From assembly GCF_032444005.1 (NCBI RefSeq), contig NC_091286.1:708908001-708972000 (forward strand): a DNA stretch of 64,000 nt. The letters are read 5' to 3'. The DNA comes from Ranitomeya imitator. Lineage: Eukaryota. The position numbers and the translations under genes were made by a program. Numbering within the stretch: position 1 is the stretch's first letter; every line of letters starts with the position of its first letter. The notes beneath the pieces were generated by a model. That model had not been told where the DNA came from, ran no database searches, and worked only from the letters and a program-made list of their open reading frames with translations. Positions 1-12,940 of the stretch are shown here, piece after piece.

Positions 1-2825
1 TACATCTGCCCCTCCTCCCCCTGTATACTGGATACATCTGCCCCTCCTCCTCCTGTATACTGGATACATCTGTCCGTCCTCCTCCTGTATACTGGATACA
101 TCTGCCCCTCCTCCCCCTGTATACTGGATACATCTGTCCCTCCTCCTCCTGTATACTGGATACATCTGCCCCTCCTCCTCCTGTATACTGGATACATCTG
201 CCCCTCCTCCCCCTGTATACTGGATACATCTGCCCCTCCTCCTCCTGTATACCGGATACATCTGCCCCTCCTCCCCCTGTATACTGGATACATCTGCCCC
301 TCCTCCCCCTGTATACTGGATACATCTGTCCCTCCTCCTCCTGTATACTGGATACATCTGTCCCTCCTCCCCCTGTATACTGGATACATCTGTCCCTCCT
401 CCCCCTGTATACTGGATACATCTGCCCCTCCTCCTCCTGTATACTGGATACATCTGTCCCTCCTCCTCCTGTATACTGGATACATCTGCCCCTCCTCCTG
501 TATACTGGATACATCTGCCCCTCCTCCCCCTGTATACTGGATACATCTGTCCCTCCTCCCCCTGTATACTGGATACATCTGTCCCTCCTCCCCCTGTATA
601 CTGGATACATCTGCCCCTCCTCCCCCTGTATACTGGATACATCTGCCCCTCCTTCCCCTGTATACTGGATACATCTGCCCCTCCTTCCCCTGTATACTGG
701 ATACATCTGCCCCTCCTCCTCCTGTATACTGGATACATCTGCCCCTCCTCCTCCTGTATACTGGATACATCTGCCCCTCCTCCCCCTGTATACTGGATAC
801 ATCTGCCCCTCCTCCCTCCTGTATACTGGGTACATCTGCCCCTCCTCCTCCTGTATACTGGATACATCTGTCCCTCCTCCCCCTGTATACTGGGTACATC
901 TGCCCCTCCTCCCCCTGTATACTGGGTACATCTGCCCCTCCTCCCCCTGTATACTGGGTACATCTGTCCCTCCTCCCCCTGTATACTGGGTACATCTGTC
1001 CCCTCCTCCCCCTGTATACTGGATACATCTGTCCCTCCTCCCCCTGTATACTGGATACATCTGTCCCTCCTCCCCCTGTATACTGGATACATCTGCCCCT
1101 CCTCCCCCTGTATACTGGATACATCTGCCCCTCCTTCCCCTGTATACTGGATACATCTGCCCCTCCTTCCCCTGTATACTGGATACATCTGCCCCTCCTC
1201 CTCCCCCTGTATACTGGATACATCTGCCCCTCCTCCTCCTGTATACTGGATACATCTGCCCCTCCTCCCCCTGTATACTGGATACATCTGCCCCTCCTCC
1301 CCCTGTATACTGGATACATCTGCCCCTCCTCCCCCTGTATACTGGATACATCTGTCCCTCCTCCCCCTGTATACTGGATACATCTGCCCCTCCTCCCCCC
1401 TGTATACTGGATACATCTGCCCCTCCTCCCCCTGTATACTGGGTACATCTGCCCCTCCTCCTCCTGTATACTGGGTACATCTGCCCCTCCTCCCCCTGTA
1501 TACTGGATACATCTGCCCCTCCTCCCCCTGTATACTGGATACATCTGTCCCTCCTCCCCCTGTATACTGGATACATCTGCCCCTCCTCCCCCTGTATACT
1601 GGATACATCTGCCCCTCCTCCTGTATACTGGGTACATCTGCCCCTCCTACCCCTGTATACTGGATACATCTGTCCCTCCTCCCCCTGTATACTGGATACA
1701 TCTGCCCCTCCTCCCCCTGTATACTGGGTACATCTGTCCCCTCCTCCCCCTGTATACTGGATACATCTGTCCCTCCTCCCCCTGTATACCGGATACATCT
1801 GCCCCTCCTCCCCCCTGTATACCGGATACATCTGTCCCTCCTCCCCCCTGTATACCGGATACATCTGTCCCTCCTCCCCCTGTATACCGGGTACATCTGT
1901 CCCTCCTCCTCCTGTATACCGGGTACATCTGTCCCTCCTCCTCCTGTATACCGGATACATCTGCCCCTCCTCCCCCTGTATACCGGATACATCTGCCCCT
2001 CCTCCCCCTGTATACCGGATACATCTGCCCCTCCTCCCCCTGTATACCGGGTACATCTGTCCCTCCTCCCCCCTGTATACCGGATACATCTGCCCCTCCT
2101 CCCCCTGTATACCGGATACATCTGTCCCTCCTCCCCCTGTATACCGGATACATCTGTCCCTCCTCCCCCTGTATACCGGGTACATCTGTCCCTCCCCCTG
2201 TATACCGGATACATCTGCCCCTCCTCCCCCTGTATACTGGGTACATCTGCCCCTCCTCCCCCTGTATACTGGATACATCTGTCCCTCCTCCCCCTGTATA
2301 CTGGATACATCTGTCCCTCCTCCTGTATACTGGATACATCTGTCCCTCCTCCCCCTGTATACCGGATACATCTGTCCCTCCTCCCCCTGTATACCGGGTA
2401 CATCTGTCCCTCCCCCTGTATACCGGATACATCTGCCCCTCCTCCCCCTGTATACTGGGTACATCTGCCCCTCCTCCCCCTGTATACTGGATACATCTGT
2501 CCCTCCTCCCCCTGTATACTGGATACATCTGTCCCTCCTCCTGTATACTGGATACATCTGTCCCTCCTCCTCCTGTATACTGGGTACATCTGCCCCTCCT
2601 CCCCCTGTATACTGGGTACATCTGCCCCTCCTCCCCCTGTATACTGGATACATCTGCCCCTCCTCTCCCTGTATACTGGGTACATCTGTCCCTCCTCCCC
2701 CTGTATACGGGTACATCTGCCCCTCCTTTCCCCTGTATACGGGGTACATCTTTCCCTCCTCCCCTGTATACTGGGTACATCTGTCCCTCCTCCCCCTGCA
2801 TACTTGGTACATCTCCCCATCCTCC
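1..2825. repeat. About 32-bp minisatellite (tacatctgcccctcctccccctgtatactgga), roughly 85-90 copies, continues left of the window
   Basis: Direct tandem repeat, with length variation in the C/CT run. Confidence 0.97.
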
Positions 2826-2829
2826 CCCT

Positions 2830-3947
2830 GTGCCTGCTATGTATTGGCTAATGGGCACACTGCAGTGAGAGCGATATAACTACTCCCACTCAGGCGGGAA
2901 CAATAATTATCAAGGCCGTCCGTCGCTGCAAAGCCTTCCTATTGGAGAGGACAAATTCTGCCACCAGCTCCGATTTCCTAATTATTAAGGGGTCCTGAGC
3001 CAAACCAGATTAGCATCGTAATTCTCTTCAGAAAACGCGACCGTACGTTATAGAGCAAGGAGAGACAAGCTAGTCATTTTATATTTTAGTCCAAAAAAGG
3101 TAGGCAGTATTTAGAGGTATAAAAAGATTTTATCAAGGAGACAAATATCATATGTACAATACAATTACAAATAAAATGGGATTAACGTTGAAAAATCACT
3201 TACATTTCGTTATGTCATCTTATCTCATGGCCGACCGTGTGCTGTGGGGGTTGAGCGAGCATATATCCAGATGCATCACCCCTGTATAGCAGCTAGACCC
3301 CAGACAAAGATACGTGAAGACTGCTGCTTCACTCACTTATTTCCTAGCCTAAACCCAAGGCACTCCCTCTGTGGTGACCTCATTTAGAGGCTGAAATCTC
3401 CCCTTTACTTCGAGTTATGGTAACTATTTTTATGCCTAGCTCGCTGCATGAATCTCGTATAAGAAAGACACAATGATCAGGATGTGCCCCACATCAGGGG
3501 GATTCTTTTAAGTGTAAACGCGGTGTAATTACATGACCCACTTCCGGAGAAATTCGCACTTTGCACTCGTTGGGTTTAGCTTCTAGCGATTTCACGGAGT
3601 TATAGATCCCTCGATGGACATCCAGAATATATAATTCTTATATCTCTAGCGCTGATCGGTGCCAATATATATAACCTTCAAAGAACAATAGAAGCTCATG
3701 CTTTGTATACCAGTTTTAACCAGTACCAGGTGGGAGGAAGAATGAGGGACTTTCACGGAGTCTGACTGTGCAGCGTAAAGCCATATAAATTCTTGAGGGA
3801 GGGGTGAAATGAGGGGTTTTGGATTACACACACAGATAGAGAAGAGAAGTGGAAGCGGGGGGTCGGAAAGGCCCACAGCATGTATCTGGTAAGCCATGGA
3901 ACTACTAGGTAGATGCTAAAACATGGCATATTCATATTATCATGACA
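2830..3947 (-). repeat. Gypsy-A 3' LTR (left end lost at the minisatellite)
   Basis: Ends ...tatcatgaca next to cctcccccttttt (reverse complement of the PPT); homologous to 26850-27860. Confidence 0.8.
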
Positions 3948-3964
3948 CCTCCCCCTTTTTGATC

Positions 3965-4880
3965 GTGCTACGGAGGCAGAACCTCACGATACTCCTCCAT
4001 GCGCACTTCAGCAGGTTTGCCCCAGCGAGACAACCCATCTGCATTGCCATGCTCTGCCTTCATGGAGCCCCCGCCTACTCGGTGCCCCAGGTAGTGGACC
4101 TCCCTCATGCCCGTCTGGCACTTTCCCGGCTTGGTGGTCAGACCAGCTTGGTGATTTCGCCTGAGTACCTCCTCAAGATGCTGCAGGTGTTCGTCTCAGG
4201 AGGAACTGAAGATGGCAATATCATCCAAGTATGCCACCGCGTACTTCTCCAGTCCCTGAAGCAGGAGGTTGACCATCCGCTGCAACGTGGAAGGTGCATT
4301 CTTCATGGCAAAGGGCATGATCGTGGACTCATACAGTCCAAAGGATGTGATAAAGGTGGACTTCTCCTGCGCCTCAGGCTCAGGGGAATCTGCCAGTATC
4401 CTTGACACAGATCCATTATGGTCAGATATTCTGCGCCAGCTAGCCTCTCAAGCAGCTCCTCGATGCGCGGCATTGGGTGCGTGTCAGAGGCTGTGATGGT
4501 GTTGAGCCCCTGTAGTCCACGCTCTCTTTGATCGTTGAATCACCCCCAGCTGTAACATCTCATCGATCTCCTGGCGCATAACCTGCTGCACCTGGTCAGA
4601 GATTCGATAGGGTGTTCGCCCTAGTGGGGCATGATTTCCGGTGTCCACCTCGTGGACTGCCAACTCATTCCTTTCAGGTCGGTTGGAGAACATGTCCTGG
4701 AAGGGTTCCAGCGTGGTCCGTAACTGCGACCGCTGTGGTCTGGTTAACAAGGCGCTTACCTCCATGTCCTCGTTGGACCCACCGGCCTTAGCTTGGGCCA
4801 GCATGTCCAGGAGGGGGTCTTCCTCCTTGTCTTTGGGCAGACTGCAGACCAGTAGGATGTAGGCTTCACATTCATGATGA
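3965..4880 (-). pseudogene. Gypsy-A RT remnant with internal deletions
   Basis: PFAMKNAPSTLQRMVN...YAVAYLDDIAIFS. About 600 bp of late RT/RNase H is missing at about 4062 relative to Gypsy-C. Confidence 0.85.
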
Positions 4881-4887
4881 GCCTTCA

Positions 4888-6420
4888 TCATATTGACATG
4901 AACGTCCTTTCGCCTACCCCGAGCGTGGTCAAGTGTGACCACGTAGGTGACCGTGTTGAGCTGTTGGTGGACGATATACGGACCTTCCCAGGCTGCCTGG
5001 AGCTTATCCATTGGTACGGGGACCAGCACCCACACCTTTTGACCCACGTGGTAGGTCCGCTCTCGGGCGTTCCGGTCGTGTACCAGTGCTTCTGATCAGC
5101 CTGAGCCTGCGTCATGTTGTCATGCACCAACTGCGTCAAGGTCTGCATGTTGTCACGGAAGCGCATGACATACTCCACTATGGACACTTCAGAAGGGTTC
5201 GGCTCCTCTTCCCAGGATTCTCTTACCAACCCAAGGGGTCCCCGGACTCGCCTGCCGTACAGGAGCTCGAAGGGGGAGAACCCCGTCGAGGCCTGCGGAA
5301 CCTCTCGGTAAGCGGACAGCAGGTGTGGGAGGTACCGCTCCCAGTCGCGCCCTTGAGTCTCAACCAGCATGCGTAGCATCTGTTTGAGGGTACCATTGAA
5401 GCGTTCACACAAGCCATTGGTCTGCGGGTGATACACACTCGATACCAGGTGCTTCACCTGCATTCTCTTACAGAGAGCCTCCATTAGGCGAGACATGAAT
5501 TGGGTCCCTTGATCAGTAAGTATTTCCCTGGGAAATCCTACACGTGAAAAGATAGCCAACATGGCATCTGCCACCTTATCTGCCCTAGTTGACGACAGAG
5601 CTACTACCTCTGGGTACCGGGTAGCGTAGTCTACCACAGTAAGGATGTATTGCTTTCCAGAGCTGCTGGGGACGGCCAGCGGGCCCACAATGTCCACCGC
5701 GATTGTCTGGAAAGGCTCCTCTATCACTGGTAAAGGGATCAGGGGAGCCTTAATAGCAGGCCCAGCCTTCCCCACTCTTTGACAGGTGATACAGGAGCGG
5801 CAGTAGTTTGACACATCTGTCCCCATCTTAGGCCAATAGATGTATTGAGACAGCCGGGCCTTAGTTTTGCTGATCCCCAAGTGTCCAGCTAGCAGGATCT
5901 CATGGGCAATCCGCAACAACTCACCCCGAAATTGCTGCGGGACGACCAGCTGTCTTTCCCTCAACCACTCCTTTTGGGATTCTCCGGGTACTGTCTCCCG
6001 GTACAACCTTCCTCGTTCCCAGAACACCCTCTCCTTATCAGTCACGGAGGTGGGCGTCTCGGCAAGTTGTCTCAAACTCTCTAGGCTCGCATCTGTGTGC
6101 AGAGCGGCCTGAAACTCCTGGCTAGGGGAAGCCAGAAGCGATGTCAGGGCCCCTTCCCCACGGGAACCCTCTTGGACCTGCTCTGGGTCCACCTCTGGTT
6201 CAGTCACAGTGATGACTGAGGAGGGTCCGGAAGGCCGACAGTTATCTGCGTTCCGGGCACTCTGACTGCGGGTGACAGCAGCTACGTAGGCTGTCTCCCC
6301 GGGGGTTTCTACAGGCCCATCAGCCGGCGCTGCTATGGGCTCTACCTCCCCATCCACCCCCAACACTCCAGGGGCAATGCTACTTATGGCGCAGAGTGAC
6401 GTGGCTGAGCACTCCTGTAC
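4888..6420 (-). pseudogene. Gypsy-A integrase (HHCC zinc finger and DDE core)
   Basis: HEILLAGHLGISKT...CRSCITC, IAVDIVGPL, VVDYATRYP, LTDQGTQF, HPQTNGLCERFNGTLK; frameshifts downstream. Confidence 0.9.
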
Positions 6421-6942
6421 CTGTGAACACATCATTCTTAGGAAATAAATGTTTAGCAGGTAACACATGCACATTTTCATCAGCAGCATCATGTGTATTA
6501 CCCTCGGCATTTTCAGAGAAATGATTACCAGGTACATCATTAAGTGGTAAAATATTGTCAGGTAACACATGCAATTTCCCATTGCTATCATCAGCATTCG
6601 ATCAGGGAGGGGAGTCAGGGACATAGTATGCAACCATCCTCCCCAAATCAGTCCCCAATAAAACATTAGTGGGCAAGTTATTGGACAGCCACACTGTCAC
6701 GAATGCAGAACGCTGCCACCAATTATCACGATTCACACCGTGACCATCACCCCCATGTCACGGATCGAGGTGACTTTAGGCCAACAGACGGCTATCACAG
6801 GTGCAGGGGGGCTTATCTTCGTTATCCCTCCACTGCGACAATGTGATGGAAAAACACACACAAGGCTATTGACCTCTTAGTTTACAGCAGGGGCTTATTT
6901 TAATTATCCCACTGCTCTTCAATATACCACAAACTGCAGGGA

Positions 6943-8315
6943 TCTATAATATAACGCTGGGAGCGTCACTCTGTCCGAAGCCTTTATAGACTGCGCAGGC
7001 GCAAGCGCCGGCGCAGTCTGGCCCCCACAGAGTGACGCTCCCAGGAGATCGCGGTATGCGCAAACACTGAACGCATACCGCGATCTCCACCGGAGAGTCA
7101 GGGACCGCCAGGAGGGTAAGTATATTCACCTTTTCCCGTTCCAGCGCTGCGTGCGGCTCCGTCTCCCGGCTCCTCTGCTGTGACAGTTCAGAGGGCGCGA
7201 GACGCGCTTAATGCGCGCCGGCGCCGCCCTCTGACAACCAGTCACAGGCAGAGGAGCCGGAATGTGTCTTCAAGAAAGTGGCGCCGGAAAGCGCGGACTG
7301 CGCAGGCGCCGATTCCTGCTGCCGGAATCGGCGCCTGCGCAGTCCGCGCTTTCTGGCGCCATTTTCTTGAAGACACACCTGCAGTGGAGCCGGACGATAG
7401 GTGAGTATGGTTTTTTTTTTTATATGGCAGCAGCATACGGGGGCATAGACACTGGAGCGTCTTATGGGGGGCATATCATACAATGGTGGCGCAGGATGGG
7501 AGCAGCACATGACAGAACGGAGGCAGGATGGCAGCAGCACATGACAGAACGGGCGCAGGATGGCAGCAGCACATGACAGAACGGGCACAGGATGGCAGCA
7601 GCACATGACAGAACGGGCGCAGGATGGCAGCAGCACATGACAGAACGGGCGCAGGATGGGAGCAGCACATGACAGAACGGGCGCAGGATGGGAGCAGCAC
7701 ATGACAGGATGGGAGCAGCAAATGACAGAATGGAGGCGCAGGATGGGAGCAGCACATGACAGAACGGGGGCGCAGGATGGGAGCAGCACATGACAGAACG
7801 GGGGCGCAGGATGGGAGCAGCACATGACAGGATGGGAGCAGCAAATGACAGAATGGAGGCGCAGGATGGGAGCAGCACATGACAGAACGGAGGCGCAGGA
7901 TGGGATCAGCACATGACAGGATGGGGGTGCAGGATGGGAGCAGCACATGACAGAATGAGGATGCAGGATGGAGCAGCACATGACAGAATGGGGGCGCAGG
8001 ATGGAGCAGCACATGACAGAATGGGGGCGCAGGATGGAGCAGCACATGACAGGATGGGGACGCAGGATGGAGCATCACATGTCAGGATGGGGATGCAGGA
8101 TGGGAGCAGCACATGTCAGGATGGGGATGCAGGATGGAGCAGCACATGACAGGATGGGGGCGCAGGATGGGAGCAGCACATGACAGGATGGGGACGCAGG
8201 ATGGAGCAGCACATGACAGGATGGGGACGCAGGATGGAGCAGCACATACCAGGATGGAGACCATATAACAATATAAATGCTCGCCACCCGGGCGTAGAAC
8301 GGGTTCAATAGCTAG
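6943..8315 (+). mobile_element. Helitron-1, non-autonomous (1373 bp)
   Basis: Starts TC, ends CTAG after a cccg...cggg hairpin. Inserted at an A^T junction with no TSD; the host LTR reads gggA^TTTATG in uninterrupted copies. Confidence 0.88.
7493..8245. repeat. About 32-bp minisatellite inside Helitron-1 (gcaggatgggagcagcacatgacagaacgggc)
   Basis: Tandem copies with variants. Confidence 0.9.
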
Positions 8316-9513
8316 TTTATGTATATCACGCTTACAGTTCCACTTCAAACTTGCAGCTCTCTGGCACCCCCCCCCCTTAATCTCAGGTCAGACTAGGTAC
8401 TGCACCCTGGGGTAATAGTCGTCAGAAAGGCTGCCTGCTATGTACTGGCTATTGGGCACGCTGCAGCGAGGAGATATAAATAATCCCACTCAGGCAGGAA
8501 CAATAATTATCATCGCCGCAGTCGCTACAATGACTCCCAACTACCCAGTACAAAGGTCTGCTGCCACCAGCTTTGATTAAACGGGTCTGAAGCTAACCCA
8601 AAACAGTAGCGTAATTCCCTTCAGAAGACTTAGGGTACATTTTAGAACAGGAAGAACGAATCTAGTATTTTAAATATTTTACTCCATTAAAATTAGGCAG
8701 TGTTTAAGAAAAGGTATAAAAGACGTTAAAATATGAGACAATTGAGAATATGTACAAAGGTAATTATAAAAAAAAAACACACAGGGATTACATGAGAAAT
8801 CAACACGTACATGTGTTCAGAGCATTGCAGGCAGAACCAGGCTAGTTCCCATATGTCCCAATACATCAGGACTGGCAGTCAGGCTCCTCAGGTAAAACTA
8901 AACTGCTGGGGCCTGGCAGAAACTTGTAAACTGCAACCCGTGACATCACCAACAGGGCTGGTTTACCCGGACCCTCCTCTCTCTTCAGTCTTAGTAAATT
9001 TCACACAAGTTTGTCTAATGCCTGTATCTCCGCTCCAGAACATGTCAGAATCATAACACACCCAGCATTCATCTTGTATTAAGATTTGCCCTCTATAGAT
9101 ACTAAATTCAGGCTAGTAGGGACACTCAGTTCCAGAGAAATCCGTACTCTGTCCCTGTTGGACTTGGAGGCTCCTGCTTACAGTGGCAGACCGATCCGCC
9201 GATGGACGTTAGCAATATGTATTTGTTATTCTACTAGCCCAAGTCGGTGGCCCAGAATCTTATCATATTAGAACAAAGACCCTCATGGATTTTGGAGAAC
9301 TTTTATACCAGTCCTAGCTAGTACAGATGGGAGGGGGACGAGTAAGTTGCTCCTAACCTGGAATTTATGGCCAGGGCAATAAACCCTTTCTACACACACA
9401 CATCTCAGAAACACAGAGGGAAGGGAGGGTTTTTTTTTTTTTTTTTTAGCCCGCAGCATGGGTCTGACAGGCAAACTCCAAAATCATATTATATTTCATA
9501 CAATCTCGTGACA

Positions 9514-10956
9514 CCCACGTCCTTCACCCCGCTCCCGGAACCCCAATCTATATGCACCCGGGCCATTGGCAGGGGACAGCTGATGCCCCCAATCCCAGTG
9601 ACAGTTAGGGTTTTCCCCGGAATGATCTCTTCAGGGGCCGCCAGCTCTTGTCGGATGAGGGTTCGTTCAGCCCCGGTGTCCTTGAGGCCTGTAATGACAT
9701 GGCCCCCTATGGTGACGTGCTGAACGTTGTCTCACACCCTCCCAACCACCTCACCCACCATAAGAACTGCTGCATTAGGTCCTGGGGCTTTGGCTGGGGT
9801 GTTCTTCTGCTTCTCTGGACAGTAGGTGCTGATATGACCAGTCCGTTTGCAGAAATAACACTGGTGAAGGTCAGGGTAGGTCTGATGCAGTTGGCAACGG
9901 GGACAGGACCTCCGTTGTGTTGGCTGGCATTGGTTGCAGGCTTACCCCCTCTCAAGCTGGTGGTGACTGGCTTTCGCCCTTCCGATCTACGGTTGGCCTC
10001 ATAGGCATCGGCAATCTTCGCTGCTTTCGTCACGTCTTTGGGTTCTCTGTCCATCACGAACTGTCGCACCTCAGCTGAGCAAAGATGTAAGAACTGGTCT
10101 TTGATCATGAGGTCTCGCAGCTGTGCAAAGGTGGTCACTGACAGTCTTTGGGTCTACTGGTCAAAGTGGGTCCCGAGTCCATGCATCACATCACTGTAAC
10201 TGTCGTGTGGGCCATGTTGGAGGTTCCGGAACTTTCTACAGTACACCTCTGGTGTAAGCTGGTACTTGGCTATCAGGGCCTGCTTGATGGCCTCTTCATC
10301 TTGGTCTGGATGGAGAGCAGCAAACGCCTCCAGAGCTTTGCATTTTAGCCCTGGGGTCAGGTATCGGGCTCATTCGTTCCCAGGCAGCCGATACTGTCTG
10401 TAGGCTTTCTCAAATGCCCTCAAAAACGTGTCCAAGTCCCCATCCTTTTCCATCACAGGAAAGTGCTTTTGGCTGGGGTTTAGGGGTCTGAGCGCTGTTG
10501 GGCTCACCGCTGGACTGGGACGACCTCGGCCCCTGGAGTCGGGCTAACTCCAGCTGGTACTGCCGGTCCGCTTGCCGCTCGGCTCTCTCCACCTCCCGCT
10601 CAGCTCGGCTTGGGCCTCCTGCTGGTATTGCTGGATCAACCTCAGACGTTCATCACGGTTGTCAGCGGGGAGTTGTTCCAAGGCCGCCTGCAGGTGGGGG
10701 TCCAATCCACCCTGGTTGCAAGTAGGGCCAGCATTCAGTGGTTGGTCCTCTGCTGCAGCACCATTTACGCTTGTGCTGGCTTCTGCAGCCACTGGGCTCT
10801 GAGACCGGGCTTAGTCTGCTTCAAATTGTACCAGTTCCGTGACCTTGGTTTTGCCATGGGGGTGCAGGCCGTGGTACGTGCATACTCCAACAAGTGTCCC
10901 TCTTCTGCTGGGTGTACCAGGCTTCACCTTTTGTGGCCATCAGTGCCAAATAAAAA
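9514..10956 (-). pseudogene. Gypsy-A gag-protease remnant
   Basis: Frameshifted homologue of Gypsy-C gag-PR (QLRDLMIKDQFLHLC, LKDTGAERTL). Confidence 0.85.
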
Positions 10957-11741
10957 GTAACATAGTAACATAGTAAGGCCGAAAAAAGACATTTGTCCAT
11001 CCAGTTCAGCCTATATCTACTATATAAAGCTGAATGTGTGTGTGTGTATGTCCGGGATTGGCATCTGCACCGTGGCAGCTACAGCCACAAAATTTTGCAC
11101 AGTCACACGTCTGGACCCTGAGAGTGTCATAGGCTACGTTGTGAGGTGAAATTTTAACTCCGCGCTTTCCAATTCACCAAACAATTTTCCCCCTATCTAC
11201 ATAATGGGGAAAAGTGAAAGGAAAAGTGTTGGAGGCAAATTGACAGCTGCCAGATGTGAACAAGGGGGTGTGACAAAACACTCTGGGATCGCCTTTGCTG
11301 GGGTCAAAGGACACGTGGTTTGTGCATTGAATCTGAGGCGTACAGCAGGTTTCTGAGCAGGCTGACCTCAGGTCAGATTTATTAACGTGAAAGCAACACA
11401 AAAAACAAAACATAAAAATAAATCCTAGCCTGTCCGGCACTAACTAAACAAATACGTAGCTATCTCAACAACTGGGGGGCTTCTCCCACCCAGCTAACAT
11501 CACACAGATCTTGAGCAGAGCTCTTCACTCACGTTTGTCTCACACAGGCAGGCAATCTGTGTGCCCCAGGCAGACACTGGAAACACCCAGCTGGTCATCT
11601 TTTATTCCTGCAATCATTAACCCATTAGCACCCTGAAGATACTGAGTGGCCTAATTCACATAGGACAAACACCTGGGTGAGATATACCTGCCTCCATCTA
11701 CCACACCAGCATGAGTCTTGCATATCCCCCCCCCTTGCTCA

Positions 11742-12940
11742 GACCACTCCGGTCGAGCAAGAACACTTTTGAAACAGTGCACTCGGGATAGGGCATCGGC
11801 GTTCCCCATCTGCACCCCAGGTCGGTGCTCCACCGTAAAAGAGTAAGCCTGCAGGGCAAGGAACCACCTGGTTACCCGACTATTACGGTCCTTGTGGAGG
11901 TGCATCCACTTGAGAGGGGCATGGTCTGTGACCAGCCTAAACTTCCTACCAGCCAGGTAATACTTGAGGGAGTCGAGAGCCCATTTAATGGCTAGGCACT
12001 CTTTTTCAACCACGGCATACCTTTGCTCATGTACATTCAGTTTCCGACTGAGATAGAGGACCGGGTGTTCGACTCCGTCCCTCACCTGGGAAAGTACAGC
12101 TCCGACACCAGTATCAGAGGCATCAGTTTGTACCACAAACTCGCTGCTGAAATCAGGAGTCACTAGTACGGGCTGACAGCACAAAGCCCGTTTCAGGCTG
12201 TGGAAGGCCTCTTCAGCAGCTGAGGTCCATTTTACCATGACGGAACCCTTCCCCTTGGTAAGATCCGTCAAGGGAGTAGCCATGGCTGCAAAATTGGGTA
12301 TGAACCGGCGATAATAGCCGGCAATCCCCAGGAAAGCCTGCACTTGTTTCTTGTTCACTGGTTGTGGCCAGCCCTGAATTGCCTGTATTTTGTCGATCTG
12401 GGGTTTAACCACTCCTCGGCCAATCACGTAGCCCAAGTATCGGGCTTCTTCAAGCCCGATGTGGCATTTCTTGGGGTTTGCCGTTAAACCTGCATCTCGC
12501 AGGTCATCAATCACCGCTTGTACCTTCTGGAGATGAGTTTCCCAGTCCATGCTGTAAATTACGATGTCATCCAGGTAGGCAGAAGCGTACTGTCTGTGAG
12601 GCCTCAAGACTCGATCCATCAATCTCTGGAACGTTGCGGGAGCTCCGTGAAGTCCAAACGGCATATAGACATACTGGAACAGACCTTCCGGTGTAGCAAA
12701 TGCCGTCTTCTCTCTGGCCGCCTCGGCCAGAGGAATCTGCCAGTACCCCTTTGTTAAATCCAGGGTCGTAATGTATCGGGCTTTACCAAGCCGGTCGATC
12801 AACTCATCGACCCGGGGCATAGGGTACGCATCAAATTTAGAAACTGCATTCAGTTTCCTAAAGTCATTACAAAACCGGATGGAGCCATCCGGTTTAGGTA
12901 TCAACACAATTGGACTGGACCAGGCGCTGTGACTCCTCAA
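11742..12940 (-). CDS. Gypsy-B reverse transcriptase and RNase H
   Basis: WSSPIVLIPKPDG, DLTKGYWQ, MPFGLHGAPATFQR, YLDD, VQTDASDTGVGAVL, EKECLAI, NADALSR. Confidence 0.92.

Larger units (their letters stand above)
6695..9513 (-). mobile_element. Solo LTR (about 1.45 kb without the Helitron) inserted in the Gypsy-A protease region
   Basis: TGTCAC...GTGACA ends; 5-bp TSD cacac (6690-6694) / cccac (9514-9518) with one mismatch; flanks rejoin as GLSDNLP, matching Gypsy-C. Confidence 0.85.

Noticed and set aside
1647-2858. 403-aa ORF
   Set aside because: It is a translation of the 32-bp minisatellite, cycling through three frames, with no coding signal.
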